IMG/VR virus record: IMGVR_UViG_3300042505_000808
Length of the DNA: 20,000 bases
Source of the DNA: an uncultured virus (IMG/VR IMGVR_UViG_3300042505_000808)
Lineage: Duplodnaviria; Heunggongvirae; Uroviricota; Caudoviricetes
Reading direction: 5' to 3' (one strand)
Shown: one piece after another, positions 8,773 to 16,493 of the stretch
How positions within the stretch are numbered: the first letter of the stretch is position 1
How the letters are laid out: every line of letters begins with the position of its first letter
Made by a program: the position numbers and the translations under genes
The notes under the pieces: model-generated
What the model was told of the DNA's origin: nothing
The model's database searches: none
The model's input: only the letters and a program-made list of their open reading frames with translations

Positions 8773-9204
8773 TTAGAAAATCATAACAGGCTTAGCCCTT
8801 GCTGCCATTTTAACAGCTTGAGGCTCGTTACTAGTATCTTCAGCTATCCAGCCCATCTTTTCAAACACATTAAATATAGAATCTGTAGCCCCGTCAATTG
8901 TGGAAAGTAGCAATGACTTTATAGTGGAATCCACCATGGGCTCAAGCATGTTAGGAACACCAATGATATCGATTGGAGCAATCACGGTATCGTAGAACTT
9001 ATCCAGCCCAGCTAACACTAGCTGCTTTTTTTCCTCACGGCTACCCTGCCCTGCTATTTCTACAAGTCGCACAAGGGTGGCTGCCCCGTTGTACAATAAC
9101 CCAAGCACTTCTGAATAAGTTATTTTTCCGTCTGCTGTATACCCCTTATAGCGATCAACCATCGCAAGGATTGTTTGTTCCAACTGTTCTTGTACTGTAG
9201 CCAT
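8773..9204 (-). CDS. hypothetical protein (143 aa)
   Basis: AAGGAG upstream of ATG; helical-looking sequence; no family recognised. Confidence 0.78.
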   Translation of the reverse strand: MATVQEQLEQTILAMVDRYKGYTADGKITYSEVLGLLYNGAATLVRLVEIAGQGSREEKKQLVLAGLDKFYDTVIAPIDIIGVPNMLEPMVDSTIKSLLLSTIDGATDSIFNVFEKMGWIAEDTSNEPQAVKMAARAKPVMIF

Positions 9205-9220
9205 AACTATCTCCTTATAC

Positions 9221-10336
9221 TTAGTTAAAAAGACGAGGCACTATACTATTAATCACACCTAGGGTAGCCCCAGTTTGCCCTAATGTAGCTTGCGTTCCGC
9301 CAGGCATGCCAGTTAGTAATCCAAGGCCATAACCAACTGTACGCCCAGTAATGTAACCTTTAAGTCCGCCACCTGCGGCACCCATGGCCATACCAAATAA
9401 CCCAACTTGGTGTGGGGTTACCATTCCTGGGCTTGAATTGGGATCTTGCATTTGCCCTGCCCCATATACTGCTCCCATTGTCATAGCTGTGGTTTGAGGA
9501 CTTGCATTAGTCCCCCAAAGAACTTGCCCAAGCTCGTTTGTGCGGATCAAGGGCATTTCAGTAAAAGAAGGACCACCAATAGTCCCAAAGGCATCACTAG
9601 AATGCTTAGATATAAAGTTTGCCACCGCCTCCTTATACTTTACGGAAGTAGGCAACTTATCTTCAAATCCGTCTTCGGGAAAACCTTTAAAAAGAGTTGG
9701 ATCATTAAATTCTCGACCTTCGTGCAGATTTATTAAACCGGGTACTGAACCTACTAAAGCTCCACCTGCTCCGCCTAATAAAGCCAGCCGTTTTCGTAAA
9801 GTACCTTTAGTCTGTGCCCAGTCTGGCAATACTTGTTCACCTAACCAACCTGCCCCATACCCAAGACCTGTACCTATAAGCCCGCTGGCAACCATAGCTG
9901 CAATAGGTCGTCCACCATAGCCGGGAATGTCTTTGCTTGGAAAAAATTGAGCTAGTTCTCCTAATCGTCGTATAGTTGGGGAGTAAGCTACCTTTACCCA
10001 CCAGTCATGTAAATCGTAAGGTGTCAAAGGCTCAGAATGCACTCGGTCTGTTCCAAGCTTTTCTGTTAAAAGCCGTAGACCCCAATCAAACTCTTCTTGG
10101 TTTAGTACTGGGCGTACATACATGCCAGCCTTTTCAAGAGCTGGATTCCAGTAAATACCTATATCTGTTTTTGTGTATAAAGGAGACACTATCCGTCTTA
10201 TGATTTGAGCCGGAGCAGCACACTTCTCGGCCAAGTAATCAATAGTGCCGGGAAAATCAGCGTATAACCCTAAATCTAGAGTCTGTTCGACATTTAAATT
10301 AGGTAACTCGCTATCGTATGCCACATGCTTATCCAT
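9221..10336 (-). CDS. hypothetical protein with several glycine-zipper-like hydrophobic segments
   Basis: GxxxG-rich stretches: GLIGTGLGYGAGWLG, LLGGAGGALVG, GMAMGAAGGGLKG, GYGLGLLTG. Confidence 0.78.
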   Translation of the reverse strand: MDKHVAYDSELPNLNVEQTLDLGLYADFPGTIDYLAEKCAAPAQIIRRIVSPLYTKTDIGIYWNPALEKAGMYVRPVLNQEEFDWGLRLLTEKLGTDRVHSEPLTPYDLHDWWVKVAYSPTIRRLGELAQFFPSKDIPGYGGRPIAAMVASGLIGTGLGYGAGWLGEQVLPDWAQTKGTLRKRLALLGGAGGALVGSVPGLINLHEGREFNDPTLFKGFPEDGFEDKLPTSVKYKEAVANFISKHSSDAFGTIGGPSFTEMPLIRTNELGQVLWGTNASPQTTAMTMGAVYGAGQMQDPNSSPGMVTPHQVGLFGMAMGAAGGGLKGYITGRTVGYGLGLLTGMPGGTQATLGQTGATLGVINSIVPRLFN

Positions 10337-10352
10337 TGAGTTACAAGTACAA

Positions 10353-10380
10353 AGCCATGCGTCAAAGATGACACATGGCT
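10353..10380 (-). terminator. stem-loop downstream of the RNR gene; possible intrinsic terminator
   Basis: Minus strand AGCCATGTGTCA-TCTT-TGACGCATGGCT forms a 12-bp stem with one G-U pair; only a short U-tract (TTGT) follows. Confidence 0.55.
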
Positions 10381-10427
10381 AACTATCTTACTCCATTTAT
10401 ACCCTGCATAGCTAGACTAAGCTAGGC

Positions 10428-12707
10428 TTACAAAGCACAAGCACCGCCTGCGCACGCAGTCTGCTGATGCAAATCTGTCATGTCGGATCGTTCATAGCGA
10501 ACTAGTTTAGCCCAGTTGATCTTGGGCATAGCTGCAACTCTACGGTCGAACTCTTCTTGAGAAATCGCTTCATAAGGGGCTAAATGATACATACCCCCAT
10601 CAAAGGGCAAGAAACTTAAGCCTCCCACAATATCCCAGTTGTCATAGACCCATTTGCCCACTTCCAACCATTCAGTAGGTCGAATGTAAATAGTGACGCT
10701 AGGATTATGCTCAGTCCAATGCACCTTGAAGGTTTTCCATTTTTCCAACTGGCTAAGAGCTGTTTGAGTTTCTAACAGCACTCCACCTTTAGGAGCCTTC
10801 ATAGGAAACTCTAATACCAAGCCACTACCATCGTAATCGGTTAAGCAAGGTACACCTTCATCTTTCAACATCTGTGCTACTGGATTAGTAGAGTTTGCCC
10901 TAACTCGCCTAACATACCATTCCCCGTGATGTCCTTTGAAACCTGCAGGCGTGTTGAAAAACACACTGCTATCCCCCGAAGGCTTAATACAAGTTGTGGC
11001 TGCAGAGACATTGATACCAAATCGTGCTGCCCATTTAGCATTAACTTCGTTGACTAAACTTAATAACTTAGCTAAAGTTCCACCAGCTTTTGCGTTGTCT
11101 TGGAATAGCGGGTGATCAAGAAAACCAAGCAAATCTACACCCAGTAACCTCTCTTCTTCACTATTCTTTTTCCATTCTTCTCCAATGTACTTAAAGCGAG
11201 TCATCGTAGATTGAAGCGTGCCCCAAATTGTAGCTAACTCCACTTTACGAGCAATCTCTTCATAAGTGTCCGTGACACGAATAACCGCAATGGATAGGTT
11301 GCAGAACTGCTTGTGTCTCAGAATAATTTCACCGCAAGGATTCGTCCCAAAGAGGTGGCCATGGTGTTTGCGCCGTTTGGGAAACTGACTTTTCAACCCG
11401 CCTCGATTGAAGATACCACGCTCACCCGAGTTTGACTTGGCCATCGATAACCATTCTTCCATCCAAATCAATTGATCAGGTTTTTCGTTATAGACTGCAG
11501 AGTTGTTAGCCTGATTGCGTTGCTCATTGGTAGTCCAGAAATCTTGTTGCTTGCAATCTCGCATTTCACGATCATGCAGATCTGATAAAGATATACCGCT
11601 AGCCCTACGCACCCCACCCATACGCACAATTCGATGAGCAAAACAATTAATGTCATGAAGATCCAAGCTAGACAGATACCGTCCTTGTCTTGCTAAGATT
11701 CGAGCTTTAGAAAACTCTAACAAGTCTTTTAATGGACCTGGGCCAGAAGCTCTTCCACCTTTGATTTTAAGTGGAGCACCTGATTCTCGGATATGACTGT
11801 AATCAAAGTGGATATCTTCACCTGCCCACCATGCGTCTAACCCTGCCTTATACGCATCACACCAACCTTCTGTGCTGTCTTCGATTACATAAGTAATAGG
11901 TTCACTATGCTTCTTTTGTCGTTTAACTCGAGGAAACTCTTCTACGCTAAACTCTTTTTCTACTGAAAATCCAACACCCGTGCCCTGCATGAGTACATAG
12001 AGTTCCTCTGCCAAATCTGTAGTATTTTGCAGCATTTGAAAAGAACAGTTGTATACTCCGACATGACATCGTTCTAAAGCAGGTCCAGCCATCTGCACGC
12101 AACGCATGGAAGGAGCAGACTCTAACCGCAAAAGACTTTGCTTAAGCTTCCCCCATTCTTCTTCAGTTACATTGTGGTTTTCACGCTTGCAATGTGTTTG
12201 AAAAAATCCGATAACCCGATCCACTGTTTCAGGCCAAGTCTCTCTGCGCCCTAGCTCGGGAACAAAACGAGCAAACTTGTCTAAAGCTTGGAACTTCTGC
12301 AGCTCGTTATCAAAATAAGTGTCGTTTTCTTGAAATGCAGCAACTACCGCTTCGGGCAATGGTGCGTTTTCTCGTTGCTGTCTTTTGACTTCTCGAAAGA
12401 GAATATACTGCTTGGCCACGAGGTATAACCCATTAGCCATCAATTGGGTTTCCACTAGATTCTGAATCTCTTCCACATCTACTACTTTGTTGCTGCTGCA
12501 CACAATGTTGTATACTTGCTCCCCAACTAGTTTGCTGATGCGAGCTGCCTCGCCTTCATCGTATTTTAGCTCACTTACTAAGCAACGATGTAAGGCAGTG
12601 TAGATGCGAGCTTGATCAAAGTTCACCACTTTCCCGCTTCGCTTCTTAACCGTTAAATCCACATGACTACGAGCTGAAGCATCTTTTTTAAAAGAAGTAA
12701 TTTGCAC
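10428..12707 (-). CDS. nrdJ: class II (adenosylcobalamin-dependent) ribonucleotide reductase with N-terminal ATP cone
   Basis: ATP cone VKKRSGKVVNFDQARI; YNCSF; GGVRRAS; GTNPCGEI (thiyl Cys); CNLS; TCIKPSG; C-terminal CAGGAC as in monomeric RTPR enzymes; no class I tyrosine pair seen and no small subunit adjacent. GTG start with AGGAG. Confidence 0.92.
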   Translation of the reverse strand: MQITSFKKDASARSHVDLTVKKRSGKVVNFDQARIYTALHRCLVSELKYDEGEAARISKLVGEQVYNIVCSSNKVVDVEEIQNLVETQLMANGLYLVAKQYILFREVKRQQRENAPLPEAVVAAFQENDTYFDNELQKFQALDKFARFVPELGRRETWPETVDRVIGFFQTHCKRENHNVTEEEWGKLKQSLLRLESAPSMRCVQMAGPALERCHVGVYNCSFQMLQNTTDLAEELYVLMQGTGVGFSVEKEFSVEEFPRVKRQKKHSEPITYVIEDSTEGWCDAYKAGLDAWWAGEDIHFDYSHIRESGAPLKIKGGRASGPGPLKDLLEFSKARILARQGRYLSSLDLHDINCFAHRIVRMGGVRRASGISLSDLHDREMRDCKQQDFWTTNEQRNQANNSAVYNEKPDQLIWMEEWLSMAKSNSGERGIFNRGGLKSQFPKRRKHHGHLFGTNPCGEIILRHKQFCNLSIAVIRVTDTYEEIARKVELATIWGTLQSTMTRFKYIGEEWKKNSEEERLLGVDLLGFLDHPLFQDNAKAGGTLAKLLSLVNEVNAKWAARFGINVSAATTCIKPSGDSSVFFNTPAGFKGHHGEWYVRRVRANSTNPVAQMLKDEGVPCLTDYDGSGLVLEFPMKAPKGGVLLETQTALSQLEKWKTFKVHWTEHNPSVTIYIRPTEWLEVGKWVYDNWDIVGGLSFLPFDGGMYHLAPYEAISQEEFDRRVAAMPKINWAKLVRYERSDMTDLHQQTACAGGACAL

Positions 12708-12827
12708 ACCTATCTCCTAGATAAATTAAAAACTAATAGACTCTTGTTTAAACATGGCCATACTATCGATACACAGCGCAAGATGCTGCGTCAACTTAAA
12801 AATTTGAACAGCTTGCAGCACCTAACT

Positions 12828-13274
12828 TTATTGTTCGTGATCGTTGTTTTTTTCTACATAATCAGAAAAGTCAGTAGAAGGTACATCTTTGCCATTCCAC
12901 ATCATGCGAGAACGAGGCCCAAGCTCTCGAGAAACTTGTGCATAATCCGCTACAATTTCTTGATCTTTGCTAATTTCTCGCTTTGCTACTAAATCAATTT
13001 GATCCTTATCTTTCTTTATGTCAACATTTGCTTTCCATTGATGGTTACAGTAACGAGCTAATTCTGTTAAATTCCAGATTTTAGACCCAAACTCATCTTC
13101 TCCGCCAGCAGTCCCAGCACTACCAATGCTCTCTCCTTCTTTGTAATCTTTATCCGCAAATATACCTTTCCCTTTTATATGGGATTCCCCTATATACCAG
13201 CCATTATGGCTAGAGGCCATTTTGTCAGTAAATCGGATAGGTACTGCTCGTAATCGCTGAAGAAACGCTTCCAT
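12828..13274 (-). CDS. SET-domain protein (putative lysine methyltransferase)
   Basis: SET motifs: SHIKGKGIFA (GxG), ARYCNHQ (RxxNH), LVAKREI..DQEIVADY (ELxxDY). AAGGAG upstream. Confidence 0.88.
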   Translation of the reverse strand: MEAFLQRLRAVPIRFTDKMASSHNGWYIGESHIKGKGIFADKDYKEGESIGSAGTAGGEDEFGSKIWNLTELARYCNHQWKANVDIKKDKDQIDLVAKREISKDQEIVADYAQVSRELGPRSRMMWNGKDVPSTDFSDYVEKNNDHEQ

Positions 13275-13286
13275 GATAACTCCTTA

Positions 13287-13315
13287 TTGACTTGCTTGCA
13301 TAAAATAAGTATGGT
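13287..13315 (+). promoter_or_regulatory. sigma70-like promoter of csrA
   Basis: TTGACT (13287-13292), 17-nt spacer, TATGGT (13310-13315), in the divergent gap upstream of csrA. Confidence 0.65.
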
Positions 13316-13358
13316 GATCGAATTCCAAGCATTTTAACTTCAAGGAAGGACGATTCAA

Positions 13359-13571
13359 ATGCTAGTATTAAGTCGAAGAAAAGGCGAGAGCATTAAGATC
13401 AGTGATAACATCACTATCACCATAGTGGACATTCGTGGGGATAAAATTCAAATAGGAATAGAAGCTCCTCGTGAAGTTGCCGTACACCGTAGCGAAATAG
13501 CGAAGTTAATTGAAAATAAACTCAAGGCAGAGTCCAACTTGGAAGCTCCTGAGAATCCTTCTGCTTCGTAG
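13359..13571 (+). CDS. csrA: carbon storage regulator CsrA/RsmA family RNA-binding protein
   Basis: MLVLSRRKGESIKISDNITITIVDIRGDKIQIGIEAPREVAVHRSEI is a canonical CsrA sequence with the VHRxE RNA-binding motif. AAGGAAGGA upstream. Confidence 0.96.
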   Translation: MLVLSRRKGESIKISDNITITIVDIRGDKIQIGIEAPREVAVHRSEIAKLIENKLKAESNLEAPENPSAS

Positions 13572-14106
13572 ATTTACTCGTAGCATTGGCAGTGAGTACC
13601 CCAGTTTTACGCACTGCCACTATTATGGAAAAATCAGAATCACCTTCAACTTTGGTAGGTAACCCGTAGCTACGGCGTAACTTACCTAGTTCTGGCGATT
13701 TGATTCGCATGTGCCAGCAAGTAGAAACACCGGGCCAACCTTTGGCAGATGTTTCTTCAAGCCCATCAAGGTAATAGCTAAAAGCTTTACCTCGCTCGCT
13801 TATCTTCTCAGTACCACCTATTTGCTTTAATTCTTCGGGGGTCATAACCACGATACCTGCACGCAAAGCCCCGCCATCTACAGAAGTGGGTAAAGAAATA
13901 CCAGGTTCGTGCATTGCGTCGAAAATACCACGGACTAATGCAGTAGGTATGCCAACTATCAAGTAACTAGGAGCTGCACATTTTGAATTAGTGATTTGAA
14001 GCAAACCCGTCATTTTAACTTCCGCCCATTTCTCGGGCATTTGCAAAACATCATAGAGCAATAAATGCCGATAATCTGGAATATCAGCTGTAGAGATCAG
14101 ACTCAT
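13522..14106 (-). CDS. probable 2H-phosphoesterase-fold protein lacking both catalytic histidines
   Basis: The scaffold ...AGIVVMTPEE...W.MRIKSPELGKLRRSYGL...DFSIIVAVRK resembles, from memory, phage 2H proteins with AHISV and FHITxA motifs; both HxS/T positions are altered. Confidence 0.55.
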   Translation of the reverse strand: MSLISTADIPDYRHLLLYDVLQMPEKWAEVKMTGLLQITNSKCAAPSYLIVGIPTALVRGIFDAMHEPGISLPTSVDGGALRAGIVVMTPEELKQIGGTEKISERGKAFSYYLDGLEETSAKGWPGVSTCWHMRIKSPELGKLRRSYGLPTKVEGDSDFSIIVAVRKTGVLTANATSKSTKQKDSQELPSWTLP

Positions 14107-14121
14107 AAAAACTCCCTTAAC

Positions 14122-14463
14122 CTATTTCATAATTGCGGCATAAACTGAAAATGAAGAAAGCAACACAGTAAGAATCATGCCAGACAAACCTACAACTAAC
14201 TGTGTTCTAGTGAGCATGCGAGAAGCGGTCATAGAATTGGCATATTGGCTAATTTGTTCTAAGTCTTTAATCTGACCTTCTAATACTGTCTCTACTTGAG
14301 CTAACCGCTGCATAATAGACGGCTGACCATTACCATCTCGTACCAACTTACACAGGATATGAATGTCCTGACTCATATGATCCACTTTAGCTTCAACTGA
14401 TGCCACTTGTTGTATTAATCTTTCTTGAGTTAATGCTAAGGCGTGATATTGAGTAGTTGTCAT
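14122..14463 (-). CDS. small coiled-coil protein with a C-terminal transmembrane helix (holin/XhlA-like architecture)
   Basis: Heptad-like N-terminal part and C-terminal LVVGLSGMILTVLLSSFSVYAAI. AAGGA upstream favours the ATG at 14463 over 14475. Confidence 0.65.
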   Translation of the reverse strand: MTTTQYHALALTQERLIQQVASVEAKVDHMSQDIHILCKLVRDGNGQPSIMQRLAQVETVLEGQIKDLEQISQYANSMTASRMLTRTQLVVGLSGMILTVLLSSFSVYAAIMK

Positions 14464-14464
14464 G

Positions 14465-14489
14465 CTTCTCGGCATCCTTGTAAGAGAAG
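14465..14489 (-). promoter_or_regulatory. candidate CsrA-binding hairpin over a ribosome-binding site
   Basis: Minus strand CTTCTC-TTACAAGGATGCC-GAGAAG-C-ATG: a 6-bp stem enclosing UUACAAGGAUGC, 10/12 identical to the CsrA SELEX consensus RUACARGGAUGU. Confidence 0.55.
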
Positions 14490-14496
14490 AGAAATA

Positions 14497-14690
14497 GCTA
14501 AGTGGCCCCTTGAGATCCCCTTCCTCAAGTCCAGTGCGGAAGCGTTCCGCTGGTAACAGTCATAAGGTGCGACTGGAACTCCACCAGCTGGCTGTTTTTC
14601 ACTTGCCCAGCAATCCTAATGCAAATTGCGGCTATCCTAGCTGCGCTGCATTTCCTAACCTATCGGCACCTGCGATAAAGCCACTTGGGC
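14497..14690 (-). ncRNA. candidate structured non-coding RNA or 5' leader, GGA-rich (CsrB/RsmZ-like)
   Basis: Closing stem 14498-14506/14680-14688 encloses six local hairpins; eight GGA on the minus strand versus two on the plus strand; begins just downstream of a TATAAT box. Confidence 0.6.
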
Positions 14691-14692
14691 TG

Positions 14693-14722
14693 ATTATACC
14701 TCTTAAGTAGAGGCAACAGCAA
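14693..14722 (-). promoter_or_regulatory. sigma70-like promoter upstream of the structured element
   Basis: Minus strand TTGCTG (14722-14717), 18-nt spacer, perfect TATAAT (14698-14693). Confidence 0.6.
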
Positions 14723-14741
14723 GAGTAGGAAATTTGTTAGG

Positions 14742-15467
14742 TTAGCTGGCATCTTTTTTATCCCATAGCCTTTTTAAAAGTTCCCACAAATCGGATTGTA
14801 AGTTCTCTTCCTTGTTCTCTACCATCCACTTTTCTACTTCCTTAGCTGTCTCCATCATTCGGTCTAAACGCAAGGCACCTATACTGCGAAGCTCTGACAC
14901 CAAGGTAAGCAGTAACACCCCAGCAGAAGCCGGCACATAGTCTTCTGTTTTACCTTTTTTAATCTTTATCTCGTCCTCATCCGCTTTGAAGGAATCTTCA
15001 ACTGGAAGGTAAGCATCGTCATCAAAGATGATTTCTTCGTCATCATCGTCGTCTTCTTCGTCGCTACCTTCAACCCCTTCCCTACCTTTGTGCCCTTCGT
15101 AATTATGGCACTCCTTGTAGTTCTCCTTGTAGTTCTCCTTATATGTATTATCTGTAGCCAGTTTGCTTTCCAACGAAGAAAAGAAATCAAGCAGATTTTC
15201 CGGTCCTATTAGCTTTACTAGTTCTTCTGCATTGTCTGTATACACATAGCAGCAGGCAATTTCAGCGTGGGTTACGGAATCAGAGTTTTGGCTTAAAGGT
15301 AATAAAGTCGTGTACACGAGGCAAGGATAGGATTCTGGGCTTTTAGGTAACTGTATCGACAACGAACTGCCATCTGCAGCCATATTCAATTCAGTTATCA
15401 TATCTTTCTGATAATGCTGCCACTCTTCTTTATTATGAAGCATAACCGCTTTTTTAAACTTACTCAT
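14742..15467 (-). CDS. hypothetical protein with a strongly acidic central tract
   Basis: AAGGA upstream of ATG; SDEEDDDDDEE tract; YKEN repeat. Confidence 0.78.
   Translation of the reverse strand: MSKFKKAVMLHNKEEWQHYQKDMITELNMAADGSSLSIQLPKSPESYPCLVYTTLLPLSQNSDSVTHAEIACCYVYTDNAEELVKLIGPENLLDFFSSLESKLATDNTYKENYKENYKECHNYEGHKGREGVEGSDEEDDDDDEEIIFDDDAYLPVEDSFKADEDEIKIKKGKTEDYVPASAGVLLLTLVSELRSIGALRLDRMMETAKEVEKWMVENKEENLQSDLWELLKRLWDKKDAS
15111..15143. repeat. 12-bp coding tandem repeat (YKEN, about 2.7 copies)
   Basis: ctccttgtagtt ctccttgtagtt ctccttata. Confidence 0.85.
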
Positions 15468-15485
15468 GTAGGTCCTTTCTTTGGT

Positions 15486-15695
15486 TTAACCTTCCGTCCA
15501 CCCCTGTTTGTAGCCCCACAATCCCACCTCTAACTTAGAGGAAAGATTTAGTTTTTTACGGATACGTTTAACATAAGTCTTAATTGTTTCATAGCCAAGA
15601 TTAAGCTTTACTGCAATGTCTTTGTACTTTAAGTTTTTACTGATTAGTATGACTATTTCCCGTTCTCGTGCCGTCAACCCTTTGTCTTGCTGCAT
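15486..15695 (-). CDS. stand-alone LuxR/GerE-type helix-turn-helix regulator
   Basis: LTAREREIVILI...YKDIAVKLNLGYETIKTYVKRIRKKLNL fits the LuxR C-terminal HTH pattern; no receiver or autoinducer domain. Confidence 0.9.
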   Translation of the reverse strand: MQQDKGLTAREREIVILISKNLKYKDIAVKLNLGYETIKTYVKRIRKKLNLSSKLEVGLWGYKQGWTEG

Positions 15696-15716
15696 GTTTT
15701 TACCTTACTATCCTAA

Positions 15717-16493
15717 TTAAAATAAAGTGGTACTATCCATGTATTCGAGCACATCATGAGGCGCCGCACTTTTCAGCTCGGTCCAATTCATCACTCGACT
15801 GCGAACATCCCTACGCTGTACTCGTTTTTGGTTGGGCAAACATGCTGGGCTAAACTTTAACTCCAAAAACTCTAACAGATTCTCTAAGACACCTCGAAAG
15901 TCTAAAAGTAACTCATGATAGGGAATAACAGCTCGGTCTGGGCAAAGCCTATTAACTTTAGACATAGCTGCAGTGTGGTCCCGCACAAATTGCGTTAGTT
16001 CTGCAGGTTCAATGCAAATTGCAGGTAAGCGGTCACTACTACTAATTTCCACATTACCCTCCCTTTGCTGCTGCTGTTTCCACGCAACATAACAAGCAAT
16101 AGGATTACGCACAACATGCACTAAACAGAAATCGCCACGGCGACAACGCTGGTCCGTATAATCCCACAAATCGTAATGGCGTAAGTGTTCGTAATTGACC
16201 TTTACCCCGACGGCCTTTTCGCCATGCAGTATGTTGTCAAAAATCTTGTTATTGAAGTATTGTTCAACGCTTAGATGGGTGGGATCAAAATGGTCAATGA
16301 TTTTACCAGTAGTCCCAAAGTACATGGAATGTTCGACTTTTCTAACCTTGTCATCATCGTGAAGCAGATCGCCATGACAAACTATGTCAGGGTGTGCAGC
16401 TAAAGAAGACTGTAATAAACCATACCCCGAATGCCGATTTCCGATCACCATAAAATTAAGAATTTCTGCGTTTTCTCGGTTGTACCAAGCCAT
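15717..16493 (-). CDS. sulfotransferase-family protein (Stf0-like), degenerate PAPS motifs
   Basis: FMVIGNRHSGYGLLQSSLAAHPDIVCHGDLL resembles RSGST.L...L..HP.I.C.GE; VHVVRNP (3'-phosphate-binding Arg); IPYHELL (YEDL-like). Confidence 0.75.
   Translation of the reverse strand: MAWYNRENAEILNFMVIGNRHSGYGLLQSSLAAHPDIVCHGDLLHDDDKVRKVEHSMYFGTTGKIIDHFDPTHLSVEQYFNNKIFDNILHGEKAVGVKVNYEHLRHYDLWDYTDQRCRRGDFCLVHVVRNPIACYVAWKQQQQREGNVEISSSDRLPAICIEPAELTQFVRDHTAAMSKVNRLCPDRAVIPYHELLLDFRGVLENLLEFLELKFSPACLPNQKRVQRRDVRSRVMNWTELKSAAPHDVLEYMDSTTLF

Noticed and set aside
12766..12795. TTGACG-N17-TATCGA promoter or NrdR box upstream of nrdJ
   Set aside because: The -10 match is poor and I saw no convincing NrdR palindrome; left uncalled.
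14497..14690. tRNA, retron msr-msd, cobalamin riboswitch or group II intron as identity of the structured element
   Set aside because: No proper T-arm or cloverleaf, no reverse transcriptase in the window, no B12 box recognised, too short for a group II intron.
14510..14710. 66-aa plus-strand ORF across the structured element
   Set aside because: TTG start without a ribosome-binding site, no motifs, opposite to neighbours; dense inverted repeats explain the region better.
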